The notes under the pieces are model-generated. The model saw only the letters and a program-made list of their open reading frames with translations. It had not been told where the DNA came from and searched no databases. Shown here one piece after another: positions 26,025-38,153 of a stretch of DNA of 64,000 bases. The DNA comes from Sphagnum compactum (taxonomy: Eukaryota), in contig OZ234493.1 in NCBI GenBank assembly GCA_965153455.1, positions 23,674,213 to 23,738,212 on the forward strand, given 5' to 3'. Positions within the stretch are counted from its first letter, which is position 1, and every line of letters begins with the position of its first letter. The position numbers and the translations under genes are program-made.

Positions 26025-26839
26025 TATCACACACCTAATCCAATTGTGTCTAATCCCTAGGTAGGAAATTTTTAAAATGATAGTCACCAACCTAAATATA
26101 ACTTTTGTTGGCTAATTCACCAATTCCTTGAAATTAATACATAGAAATTGGCTACAAGCCACTTCTAAATTTTTTGCTATTAAATAATGTGTTATTGTTT
26201 TAAGGCCAATTTAATGGCTTGTAACTATTTCTTCCCATAAAAAGACAAATTTCTAATGAGCTTGAAATTCTCTCCTCAACGTCTTTCACAACAAACCTCA
26301 TGCCTTGCTTTACTTTTGGTCCCAAACTCTTGCTTTTGACCACCCACACATTTCCTTGACAATAATTTCAAGAGAATCAAGCAATTCCGCCACAATCCAA
26401 GCCACATGAACAACCATGCTTGGAACTTCAAAATTACACACCACCTATAGTTTATATCATTGAAGTTTGTACATCATGTTCAAGCACATGAATGTTCCAC
26501 ACAGCCGTAAACACCAAAGATTCTAGGTCCATCAACACCTATTAACTTCCTTTATTCAATGCATATGTTATGCCACTTCTTTTTTTTCTATTTCTTCTTC
26601 CAAAATAAAATCCTTAAAGGCCTTTGTTTTTACAACAAAATTTTCCCCTCTTCTACTACTACCGCTCTCCCTTGTGCACTTTCTCACTATTTATATAACT
26701 ATATTTACAATTTCTCCTAGAAACACCACCTCCGTGTTCATTGCACACAATATTTTTGTAATGTTCATTTGTCACATAAATTTGCTCCTTACACTGAATC
26801 AAACTTTCCTTGCCATGTGGCCGCATGAAGAATGTAATA
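26025..26839 (-). repeat. 5' LTR of the gypsy element
   Basis: Homologous to 3579-4501; termini decayed from TG..CA to TA..TA; followed on the minus strand by a PBS. Confidence 0.9.
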
Positions 26840-27549
26840 GTAAGGCAACAAGGTGGGGAAATTTTCAAAATAAGGGGTCTAGGACAAGGTAATTGACAAG
26901 TCTAGCCATTCATTTTGGGAATGTCCCCATCTAGGATCTTTACCCATCATAAAAAACATTATCTAGATGAATGTTATCATGAACCTACACATACATAGAT
27001 CATGAGATGTGGGAAGGGGAGGGTCCTTACACTTAAATCTTACTCCTTAGGAATGAGAGGGATCTTACACCTATAAATAAGTATAAATAATATCCCTCCC
27101 CTTTTCTAGGAAAGATATTCATGTATATAAGGTTTTATACCTTATTTTAGGTCCATTAAAATGTTCATGGATGTAAAGAACACAATAATTTTGTCCAATT
27201 GCTTTACATCTATAATAGGGATATTAATAGTAGTAGTTAGAAGCAACCCAAAATGATGCATGGATCAACAAAAAACCATATGGAGGTTCTAAAAGTTTTT
27301 ATGCCATTTTACCACGATCATATTAAAATGTATTTGTTTGGTTGCTTCCAAGTTCCCAAGTGCTAAGACAAATATACTTGTAAATTTAAAAATATAGTCA
27401 AGCCCTTGCCCATTATGTTGGGTAAAGTTGTAGGTGAGCTTGCTATGGCATTCTACCTGTGATCCACCCAACATAATAGGTAAGGGTAAGGCCATTCCAT
27501 GATAGTAGGGTTTGGGTGGCATGTTCAAAGGCACATTTTGGTATTAATG

Positions 27550-29265
27550 GTCACTAGTACAACTTCTCAAGGTATCATTATGGCAACACTAAATAGGAAC
27601 AACAAATTATATCACTACAACAAAAGGTGTCCCTGTACGTCAAGTGATTTTAGTGGATTTTGAGTGAATTCACTAGTTGTAGTGAACGGGGACAAGTGAA
27701 GAAGTAGTGAATTCATTGGTCTAGTGAACGGGGACTAGTGAACTGCACCCACATTTTGTAGTAGTGAATGTAACATCGGTTTCAATGTAGTTGCAAGACA
27801 ATGGTTAACAAGAAAAAAAATTCAATTTTTTTTATTGTACCCGAACTATGATTAACATTTTAATTATCTTTCTTACACAATATTTGCAAGGAAAAAAAGT
27901 GATATAGTGATTAAAATATGCCCCCCTTCAACCAAAAGGGTGGAGGGTTTGATTTTTTTTCAAATTTTTTTTTTCTTCAATGGACGAAATGGATGAAAAA
28001 GAAATAACCTTTGGGCAATTTCTTCAAGCTAGATGCCCCATGGAGAAAAAGATTAGGAGGAAACAAATGGAGCCCTAACCATGTTCCCCCATGGAGCAAC
28101 TTTCTCAAGGAGAAGAGGAATAATTTCCCTCGGGGATCAAGTTTTTAAATGTTTGAAAAGAAAATATAGGAAGTAAACTTTGTCCAAATCAAATGTTCAT
28201 TATACCATTGGAAAGCTCTCAAAACATAGATATAAAAATTGATCTAAAATTTCAATTTGAGGTTATGAAGTATAAGTTGTGACAAAACAAAGAAATGGGA
28301 TCAAAATTTCAAGTCTTTAAAGGATAAGTTACCGTATGGAGCAATAGGATTTGGAAATTTGACCCTTGGTTTGTCTTTTTTTCATAAAATTTAGCTTGTA
28401 GCCTCAAATAAAAAATGCAAGATGATTTTTGATATTTTTATGTTTTGAAAGCTTTCCAATTGGTATAAAGAACATTTGATTTGGACAAAGTTTACCCTTT
28501 GCATTTTTTCTCAAACATTTGAAAAGTTGCTCCCTAGCGCAATTTAGTCCCCTTCTCTGCAAGAGAAAAATGGACTTGGAAATTTGACCTTAGTTTTTTC
28601 CTTTTCTCATAATTTTTAGTTCATAGCCTCAAATAAAAAATGCATGATTGTTTTTTATATCTAAAATTTTAGAGCTTTCTAATGGTTTGATCTGGACAAA
28701 GTTTATCCCTGGTACTTTCTTTTCAAACATTTGGGAAGTTGCTCCCCACGACAACTTAATCCCCTTTCCCCAAAAGAAGTTACTCCTTAGGGAAAGTTAC
28801 TCCTCATGGCAACCTAATCCCCTTCTCCTTAGGAATTTGTTCCATTCTCTTGGGGAAAGTTGATCCATGGGGGGAACATGGTTGGGGCTATCATTTTGTC
28901 TCCTTCTCATTGAGGAAAGTCCTTTTTTCCACAAGGCATCTAAATTGAAGAAGTTATCTAGAGGCTAAGTTTTTTTCATTCATTATGTCCATGGAAAAAA
29001 AAGAGAATTTGAAGAAAAGATGGAACCTTGGTTGAAGGGGGAGATTCTAACTAGTAGATCACTTATTTTTCCTTGGAAATATTGTGTAAGAAAAATACTT
29101 AAAATGCTAATAATAGTTCAGGTATAATATTAAAAATTGATAATATATATATTTGTTGGGCATTGCCTTATTAATGTGTCAAAACCAGTGCTGCAATTAA
29201 TTCGTTGCTCATGATTAGTGTTTGTCATTGATCACCAATCATTGGAAGATTATGTCACTTAGCAT
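27550..29265. mobile_element. Non-coding foldback (long inverted repeat) element
   Basis: Arms match in reverse complement: cttacacaatatttgcaaggaaaa (~27871) / ttttccttggaaatattgtgtaag (~29067); ccccttcaacc / ggttgaagggg; aaccatgttccccc / gggggaacatggtt. Centre ~28330; one ~220 bp unit tandemly duplicated (28345-28560, 28570-28770). Ends approximate. Confidence 0.75.
27613..27766. mobile_element. CACTA-ended MITE copy 3
   Basis: CACTACAACAAAA...TTTTGTAGTAGTG with TAT/AAT near-TSD; inserted in the left arm of the foldback element. Confidence 0.88.
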
Positions 29266-32200
29266 GGTTAAGAAAATGATATAATAATTTGCCAACCCAT
29301 ACCTTAATTTCTTGTTTAGCGCCATGGACAAATCATGACAATATTGTCACCCAAATGATTTTTCAGTTTGGAAAAAATGTATGCCATCAACATTCCAAAT
29401 GTTTTGGATGGTGCATTCGAGTTGTGTTGAGTTTTAAAATATGATGAGAGCCTTACATAATAAGACTTGAGAGCATGATAAGATTTCATAAACATAATTG
29501 GAGGTCATTTTTTATTTTGGTTTCACAGATCTAACAAATCCATCACAAATTGTGGGTATACAAAAATCACTAGTTTTTCAAAATCCTAAACATGTTATCC
29601 AACTCTCTGATTTTTGCAACAGTAAAAGGGATTGATTCATCCTTCAATCCCATTTATGAAACAACAAGAAGCTGAGCTTGTATGAAACCTTACTTAGCAA
29701 GAGTCGTTCATGGGGTGTTTCTAGGCTTTGGTCTTCTATTCTCTCTCATGAGCAATATGTTGTCTCCTTATAAATTGGGTTCTCTTATTCATTCTTAGCA
29801 TAAGAAATGTGGCAAACTTACACACATGGTTCTTGCACATAACTAAGAAAACAATTCAGACCACCAAATCCAGCAATCCCATTGGCCTGAAAAAAATCTT
29901 CATGCTTACACACAACCCTATTATACTAAACATTGAAAATAATGGTCCCTTTCTTCCATTTCCACCAGTCCTCTAAAATTCTCCCAAACCTACCAAAACC
30001 CTATTACGCGCATCTACCTGCTAGTTCACTCAAGATAACTAAGGAAAAGAAAAGTCAGATCACCAAATCCAGCAATTTCAGTGATCATAACATTTTTTCT
30101 CCACACCTACACTCAAGCCTACTTGACACCGTCTATATATTAGTACACTAATATTATAGCCCTGTCTGTATACAGACAAAGTTTTAAAACACTGGTCTAC
30201 ATTCCCCTTCCCTGGCTTGAGGGTCATGCCACCAATGGCCAAGAAGCTGGAGTTTAACTGCGAAGTGTCACAATAATGAGTAGCAGATCCGAGTTTCCCT
30301 GTGATCCAAAATGAAGGAAAGTGCACACTGCACATCACTGGCTTTGCGGATGAATTCATAAACATATTATATATGTAGACTGTACAATGAATGCCTTTGC
30401 AGATTCATTTCAGCAGTCGCAGGTCAAGTTAGAATCTAGATCTTACAACTTTTATAGCTCCTGGTGTCGATTCTTCCACACGGCACCTCTGGATGACTTA
30501 GCTCATTGATGGGTTCTCCGTGTTTAACTGTTTTTGAGTTATCCCAGCAAGTAGGTACTTCTGAGAGAGATTTATAACCCAAGAGAATGGTATGGCATCT
30601 ACCCAAATGGTTAACCCGCAGGATTTACTTCTAGAAAACATTTCTACAAATCTCTCCTGCACTAGATCAACACGCAGAATTTTCTACCCCAGTGGATCCT
30701 AATTTTATGGCTTACAAACACAGTACCAACGAACCAAAACTATGTACCTCCAACTAAAGAACATCAAGCTACCAGGCCAACTAGGCCAACAAATTTTGTT
30801 ACACATTATGAATACTCCCAAGACCAGTTGTGAGTACTAAGTCGACGGGCAAGACACTAAACATCCCCCTCATTGAACTTCACAGGGGTCAAAGCAGCCC
30901 CTGCAGGGTGCCTGGGTGGTTCTGTAGCAGAGTTGGACAAATGCTTTCCACCAGTACATGGAGGAGGCATCCAGTGCCCCCATAGTTTGCCAGTATGTGC
31001 AACTGGCTATCAACAACCAAAATTGAATTCTGGTCTTTATGGCTTCATTGAATTCCCATATTTAGTAAGGTTGAGTCAAGATATAGACTGGCCCTTAATA
31101 CGGAGGTAGCAGCCACCATTACTTTCTGCATAGAATATATATTCCCACATTTAACAAGTTGAAACAAGGTATGGCGTCTTACATCCGGAAGGAAACAGCC
31201 ACCAGTTTGATTTGCCCACGTGCATGGGTCTAATCTCTAATTTGGTCACGAGGGTATCACGGTTCACCATACAGTGTTCACATGATTCTGCAACACTGTC
31301 CATTGTTGATTCCTATTCTTGGTCAATGCCATCAACCTGCAAGTTGTTCACATCTAGTGGAGCCCATTGTCCTGTTGAGCAAATGTAGCTTGGATTGCTG
31401 TTATGCATATTCTAAGTCCACGATCACCATCACTTCGCTAGAATAGGGTTCCCTGTTTTAAGCATATAAAAGTTCTCCAAGTTTTCTAGAAAAAGAAATT
31501 TGCCACAATTCCTCACAGTTTTTAGTTTTGGCGCAGTTTTTGGCCAGTTTTGAGAGTTTTCTCTAAACTTATAGCTGATTAATGCTAAATCAATTGGGAC
31601 GATGGCTAATGATGAAAAAATCAGAAAATTGAGGAAAAAGAAGAAAAAACACAAATCAGAACATAAGTTTCCTTACTGCAGTAGGTCTTCACACTTGAAT
31701 GTGGTACCGGCACATGTTATGCTGGAGGCAAACTATGTAAACACCATGTAGATTTTACATAGAAATGGATGAATCCACAACGTTTACCTCACAACTATGT
31801 CAGGAGCCATGGCTCTATCCATTATGTGTCACAATTGATGTAAGTGGCCTTTTCTTTTCTAGCAATCTATCGCCAAATTTTTACTTTTGCTAATGTCACG
31901 TGATGGGCTAATAGGGCTTCTAGTATGTGTTTCACCATGGAAGTTGTTGGATGAACTTGCACGGTGCTACTTTACATCAATAGGATGCACTCGGATAGTC
32001 AAAAAGTTTGTGTTCATAGTTAGCGAGGTTTTTAGTTTGTCACATGTTCACTATCGAAGCTTTAACCCTAATTGCCCTTGGCATCTCTAAGTGCACTTGA
32101 GAGGATCCAATTAGTACAACTTTTTTGCCATACCAATGTCAAGCTCCTTTAATGCAGATTGCTAAGATCCATTTCACTTGTAGTTGGGTGCATGCATTGG

Positions 32201-34289
32201 ACCACTTCTGGTGTCACAATGGTAGTTTTTTCTGCAATGGGTGTGATTACAATTACTACATGCTATTCTATGTATTAACATTTGTCAATAGGGACTCATT
32301 TTTAGGTTATAGACTTGAAGATGTACATATGCAATTGATTGTTAATGCAAAATCACTAAAATTACAAAAGCTATGGACTTTTGAAGTTGAACTTACAAAT
32401 GTTACGTAGGTAAAATTTAAAACAATGGACATTGATTATAGTTAATAGTTTGATTTTAAACTTGTTAAGGACTTGGATTTATTTAAACAATATAATAAAA
32501 AATAATAATGATTTTTTTGGCATCATATCATATGAAAATATTGAGTTATGGACTTTTGTTTGAGGTGAAAATCAATTGTTTTTCTAAGCCCATGACATAT
32601 TGAAAATAAGGTGGTTCATGTTGAGATTTTGCATATATGCGTTGCTATATGACCTCTACATGTGTTCATATTCTAGTAGAGTAAAATTTAAAAACTAGTA
32701 ATTTTGGTATCCCTTACATTATGTTACACTATGGCCCAATGTAAAAAATCACCTAAATAAACTTTGAAGGGACTTTTTTTGGGCTACTTTTTGGTCCACC
32801 TTAAATCCCATTCACCTAGTTGGGATCTCTTAAATCTTGTAGATTAATGTAGTGGTGTACACAACTTTTTGCTATGCTTAAAAGTTAAAACAACCATTCC
32901 CAAGTCTTGTTCAAATGCATACCAATTTTTGGTGGTTGTTTGTTTTGTTGAATATTTGTGAAACTTGTTATTTATGTAATTGTGAACATTGTATTATAAT
33001 CTATGTGCTTGTGGATTTGTGCAAAATAATGGGGGTGATCATTTCAACTTTGAATAATGGTGAGATTGTGAATTTGGAAGGCTATAGATGGATCTGGGTT
33101 CGAATATGTAAAACCAAGGGTGTTTTCTTGATTGATTAAGTGGACCAAAATGCCGCACATGATTTATTCCTATGTAAGGCCATTTCCCTTGTACTTTAAA
33201 AAAACTTTGGGATGATTAAATAGTTGGGGAACAACAACGAATTGATTTAAATTTTTTTTCTATTTACATTTGGTCCTAACTATATATCACTATTGTGTGC
33301 ATGTGTGCACAAATCCAAGATAATTCACCTCTTCTTCCAATATGATATGAACTCTTGAAAAGAACCTTTTTTCAATTTCTTCAAAAGTCCATTAGTATAA
33401 TTATACAATTGCTATCATGAATTTTTTTCCTCCCTTTACTTCCTTGATATGATATCTAACTAGTTCTAAGTCCTTAACACACACACCATGAATCAATGGA
33501 CCTTTTCAAAGTCCATATAAAAAATGAAAATCAAAACTCGCAATTCATAATTGTGACTCGAAAAGCCCATGGCTTTTATGATTTTAAAAAAAAAATCAAA
33601 ATGATTTGGTACATCATGCAAATATTCAAGTTAAAATCATCAAACCAAGTCCTTTAACATAAATTTCAATATTTGTAAAACAACATGGGCATTGCAATCA
33701 CAACCACATTACAAAATTAACATATGTGACACCAAAATTGGTCCATTCAACCATGCATCCACCCTTGAGCTCAAGGTGAGTTCCTTGACACCTTGCAAGT
33801 TGCAATTCTTGTTCTAGAGCTCCTTTCTAGGTTTTTATACAAGTTTTAAAACTATTGGAGCTTCAAACCCTTCCACATTTATTGAACTATGGTTTTTTCA
33901 ACTTGATATTATCTTGGTTTCCAAATTTCACATTTCCAAATTATCACCATATGTTTTATTATTTCCAAATATTTCAATTCCTCCAAGAATCGTAGTCTCA
34001 CCATGTTGTTATGCCTTATATCAGATTCTAGTATGTTCCCAAGGTTGTATAGCTCTTTTAGTGGGTCAAAATTGCATTTGACTAAAGCTTTACCTCAATC
34101 CCCATAGTTTATCATCAATTCCGTGGAATCAATTAAGTCCATGGAGGTCTAGAACTTTAATTCCAACTTTGCGATTCATGGAGTCCTCCTTAAAATCCCT
34201 ACTACTATTGTAAAACTTGAAGAAATTTTGGAATGGTCAAACTCCCATTCAAACCCCCCAAGGAAAAAATAGAAGCTTGGGGTGGATGG

Positions 34290-37200
34290 CAATGGGAAGA
34301 AGGGGGAAAAATCATATGATAATAGTAGATAGCTCACTTGGCAAAATAGGCAACAAAGTTACCATGGCCAAAGGGTTTAGTGGCTAATGGTGGGGTTAAT
34401 CCATAATGTGAGGTGTAGGGTCTATTCCTTGATTGAAAACAATGACAAATTTGTTGGGTGCAAGTGGGATAAGTTAATAAAACAGGTTGGTCATAAGATT
34501 ACAATTCGTGATTTGCTATAACTTGGGGTGAAGAAAGAAAGGGCTAGTAAACTGCAAGAGATTGTGTGCATTTGAAAAACATGAGGTTGTGCGCCCAAAG
34601 GTGTCTAAATTTTGCTTTGTAACATGTCAACAAGCCCCCAAGGAGAGGGGAATCGGGAGATGGTTCAATTCAAATCTTTGTTTCACATTCTTACACATGA
34701 CTACTTTATGTTGGAATATGAAATGATGTATTTATTGTTTGTCAACTTGAAGTTCTTTAATAATCCAACCATGCAGTAGTTTAATTCTATTGGTTGCACC
34801 TTTATTAAGTTTATGTACCAATAAGTCTGAAAGGCCACTATCCATGCAATACAATTTTTCTAGTTCTTGGTTTGTTCTTATGATAAGGTTATAACCATTG
34901 GTAATGACTCTCTAATGTTTTTTCATGTACAAGTGGTTGATAATTGGACTAGTTACCAATTTTGGTATGTGTTGACCAAATTGTTGATGGATTAAGATCT
35001 AACAACCTCATTGAAGTGATTATGAACTTTATGATGAAAGGTGGGGGGTTGAGCAAAGAGGAGTTATCCAAGAAGCTCTTGTGTTTTGGGGCAAATGGAA
35101 TGAATGTGTTTTAAGGGGAAAATTGGAATGATGGAGCAGATAAAAGATTTTTGGGCACCATTTTTTATGGGTGTTCACTATGTTGTTCATCACATTAATT
35201 TGATACTCTAGTCCCTAGGGGTTTTGACCTTCATTGCTAAGCTTGAAGCTTTTATGTTGAACATTATGGCTATTTTAACCATTCATGAAAAGGCATTTAA
35301 AATTCCATAGACCTATTTAGACAATGGAAACAAAAGGGAATAGAATCCTTAAGAATGTGAAAATGAGATGGATGTCCATGTTCGAGCCTTTGAAAATCAT
35401 CATGGTAAATTACCACCCTTTGCTTGTGGTGATGCAAGTTGATTACATTACAACTACATTAGAAAAAGTAAACTATTTCATGCCTTTGATATGTAGTTAT
35501 GGATTGAACCATGATGGTCTTCCTTTCCTTTTACCTTTTGAAAAAACATCTTATTGATGGTATTCCTTTCTCATTACTTTCGTCTTCCAAATCCCCAAAA
35601 TGAACCTTGATGGTCTCCCTATCCTTTTTCCTCTATTTTGCAAATCCTAAATATGAACCTTAAACATTGTTACTCTATTTGAAATCTTAACATTGCCAAT
35701 ATTCAATGGCATTTGTTGTTTTTTTGTTGTATGTGGTCAACCGATCCGGGCTTCCTATACAACATACATTTGGTCCTTAGGCTTGCTTATGTTTTGCCAT
35801 TTATGGAAAACATATAATCCTTCATGAATTGTTTAGAAGGGGGGATATCTTCATATACGATTTCATAACTATGGTGAAAGTATGCCAAGGCTAACTATAC
35901 ATTACGTATTAAGAGCTAGTGTCATTTCAAATGGATGAATTCTAATGCTTCTGTAGATTATAAGGTGACCACCATCAAATTCATATGAAATGAGTGACTA
36001 AATACATACAAATTGCATTGAATGTCTTTTCTTTGTTATAAATGGTGAGAAAATATGGGCTCATTAGGGTGTCGTTTGCCCAAATATAGGTGTTAAGTTG
36101 CTAGCAACACAAATGACATTTGTAATTGTGGTACAACTTGTGAAACTTGAATGTAAAGGTAAACTTTTGACCCTTTTTGAATCTTGTTCTACTTGGTTTG
36201 CAATGGTAACTTCACATGGTGGTTATAATTTCTTTGTACTTTTGATAAGCAAAACGATTTTCCTTTCCATTTATTTTTGTAGATTTTAGTGGTGAACCAT
36301 GAGGGTTTTCTATATGTTTTCAGCTTTATTTTGCAACTCCTAGATTTAAACCAAGATGGGTCCTTTTACCTTTTACTTCTGTTTTGCAGATTTTGGTGAT
36401 GAACCAATAAGGTTTTCTTTTTTGCTTTACCTTTGTTTTGTAAGTCCAAAATTGAACCATGATGAAATCTTGCCATTTTATTTTTGTTCTGCAAATTTTG
36501 GTGATGAACCATGAAGGTTTCAAATTTTTTTACCTCTATTTTATAATTCCCAAATTTCAACCATGATGGTCTTCCTTCCATTTTACCTTTGTTTTTTAGA
36601 TTCTAATGGTGAACCATGAGGGTGTTCTTTTGCTTTACTTATGTCTTGCAATTCCTAGATTTGAACCATGATGATTTTCCTTTTATTTTAACTTTGATTT
36701 ATAGATTGTGGTGCTAGACCCACGGTCTTCTTTCCTTTTATAAATGCATTTGGAAGTTTTGATAAGATTTCAAAAAGATCTTTGAAATATGCTTGGAAGT
36801 TTTTAAACATTTCCAAAATGATCCATGAATAATATGTTTAAAAGTTTTTAGAAGATGTAGAACTAATAGAAGCTTATTGAATAAGTTTCTAAAACAATAA
36901 TTAATAGCAAAAGTAACTAATAGAAGTTTCTTCTAAAAGAATAGTTGACACAAGTTTCTACAAGGTTATTTAGTATTAAAAATTAATTGTTAGAACTTTC
37001 TAAAAGGTTGACGATTTTTAAGAAAAAAAATTAGATAATATACGAAGAAGTTTGGAAGGCACTACCCCTCAATCTTGTATTCTTAGTTCATTTCATGTTT
37101 AATTTGCATCACACCTTGTTGAAATAATAAATTCATTTAGTTTTTGTTCATTGATGAATTCTTCGTTTGTCAAGTTCATATAATCTTTTTCAAGTTGTGT

Positions 37201-37600
37201 ATTTGTTTTTGTTTTTAACACATCCATATGGACAAGCCAAAAAGGGGAAATCTACCCCTATGGTTCTACCATTCTTTCAAGCTAGATTTGGATGTTCAAT
37301 ATGGTTTGTTTTTAAATTAACCATGAAATCCAATGCAATTGAAGCCATGCTTGAAGTCATGGCCTTTGCATTTGACAAGGCTAACTAGTCATTAATCCTT
37401 TCACTTGTATGTGGCAAGTGATCCAGGCATCATAATTGTTGTCCTATGTTTTTCCTAAATATATAAAGGTAATATAAATTGCCATAATTCATGTGCCTAA
37501 TCCTATTAAGGATGAAAAATGTTTCAATTCTATTGTTTTCTTGGAAAAAAAGGGGCAATTTTTAAATAATCTTTGTAGCTGGTTATTTTTATATACAATT
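34290..37600 (+). pseudogene. Decayed hAT-family transposase (ZNF862-like type)
   Basis: CFGANGMNVF*G..WAPFFMGVHYVVHHINL (~35080-35200, matches GVHCxAHRxNL); ETKGNRILKNVKMRWMSM (35324+); C-terminal dimerisation relic IAIIHVPNPIKDEKCFNSI (~37480-37540). Confidence 0.8.
36190..36740 (+). repeat. Tandem ~60 bp repeats (gattttggtgatgaaccatga core) within the hAT relic
   Basis: Recurrent gaaccatga/gaaccaata cores at ~36294, 36401, 36454, 36506, 36559, 36611 and 36663. Confidence 0.75.
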
Positions 37601-38153
37601 TTTTTTTTTCACACATGACATCTTTCCATATAAGGTTGCCTATGAAATGTGGTTGTTCAACCATTAAATGCTTGAAGTTCATAGTTTGAATTTTATTGGT
37701 GATTTTGTGCCTCACTTCTCAATTGCTTATTGTTGATAACATTTCCTAAATTTAGGCTTATTGCTAGATTGTTTACTAACATTCACTATACATATCAAAA
37801 TAGTGATGGATTTGTAGTTTTAATAGCCAAAGATATAGATAGAGCAATGGGGTTCATTGCCACCATGGATTATGTGGCCTTTTATTTAATCACCTAAATG
37901 CACTTTTGTAAAAATGGTATTTGTTGGGAAAATTTCTTGGAAACATTTCTTAATTTTCGTAACATGTGTTTTCTGTTGTTTAAATGTTTTACCACCTAGG
38001 CAACAACCCAAATTTGAAAAAAAAGAGAAAAGGTTGGATGATGTAAGGTAGATTTTATTTTGTTGTGGTGTTTTTGAATTTACCATTTTTAGTAAAAAAA
38101 ATTCAATCAACAATCAGCTTGAAATTATTATAATTTTGGTGGGAAATATTAAC

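Larger units (their letters stand above)
3579..26839 (-). mobile_element. Decayed chromovirus-type Ty3/gypsy LTR retrotransposon carrying nested insertions
   Basis: Paired LTRs 26025-26839 and 3579-4501 with near-TSD TTAAG (3574-3578)/GTAAG (26840-26844). Minus-strand order: gag (25287-25481; CFNCHQKGHQSFDC knuckle ~24905-24950), protease (VLINVGSSHNF), RT (VLIFMDDILVYSK ~23505-23545), RNase H, integrase (HHCC ~22390-22530; IMVVVDRL ~21660), chromodomain (DDATWE ~4575-4592). Confidence 0.92.

Noticed and set aside
36190-36740. Repeat-spacer-like gaaccatga array
   Set aside because: The intervening sequences are homologous to each other, so this is a degenerate tandem repeat.
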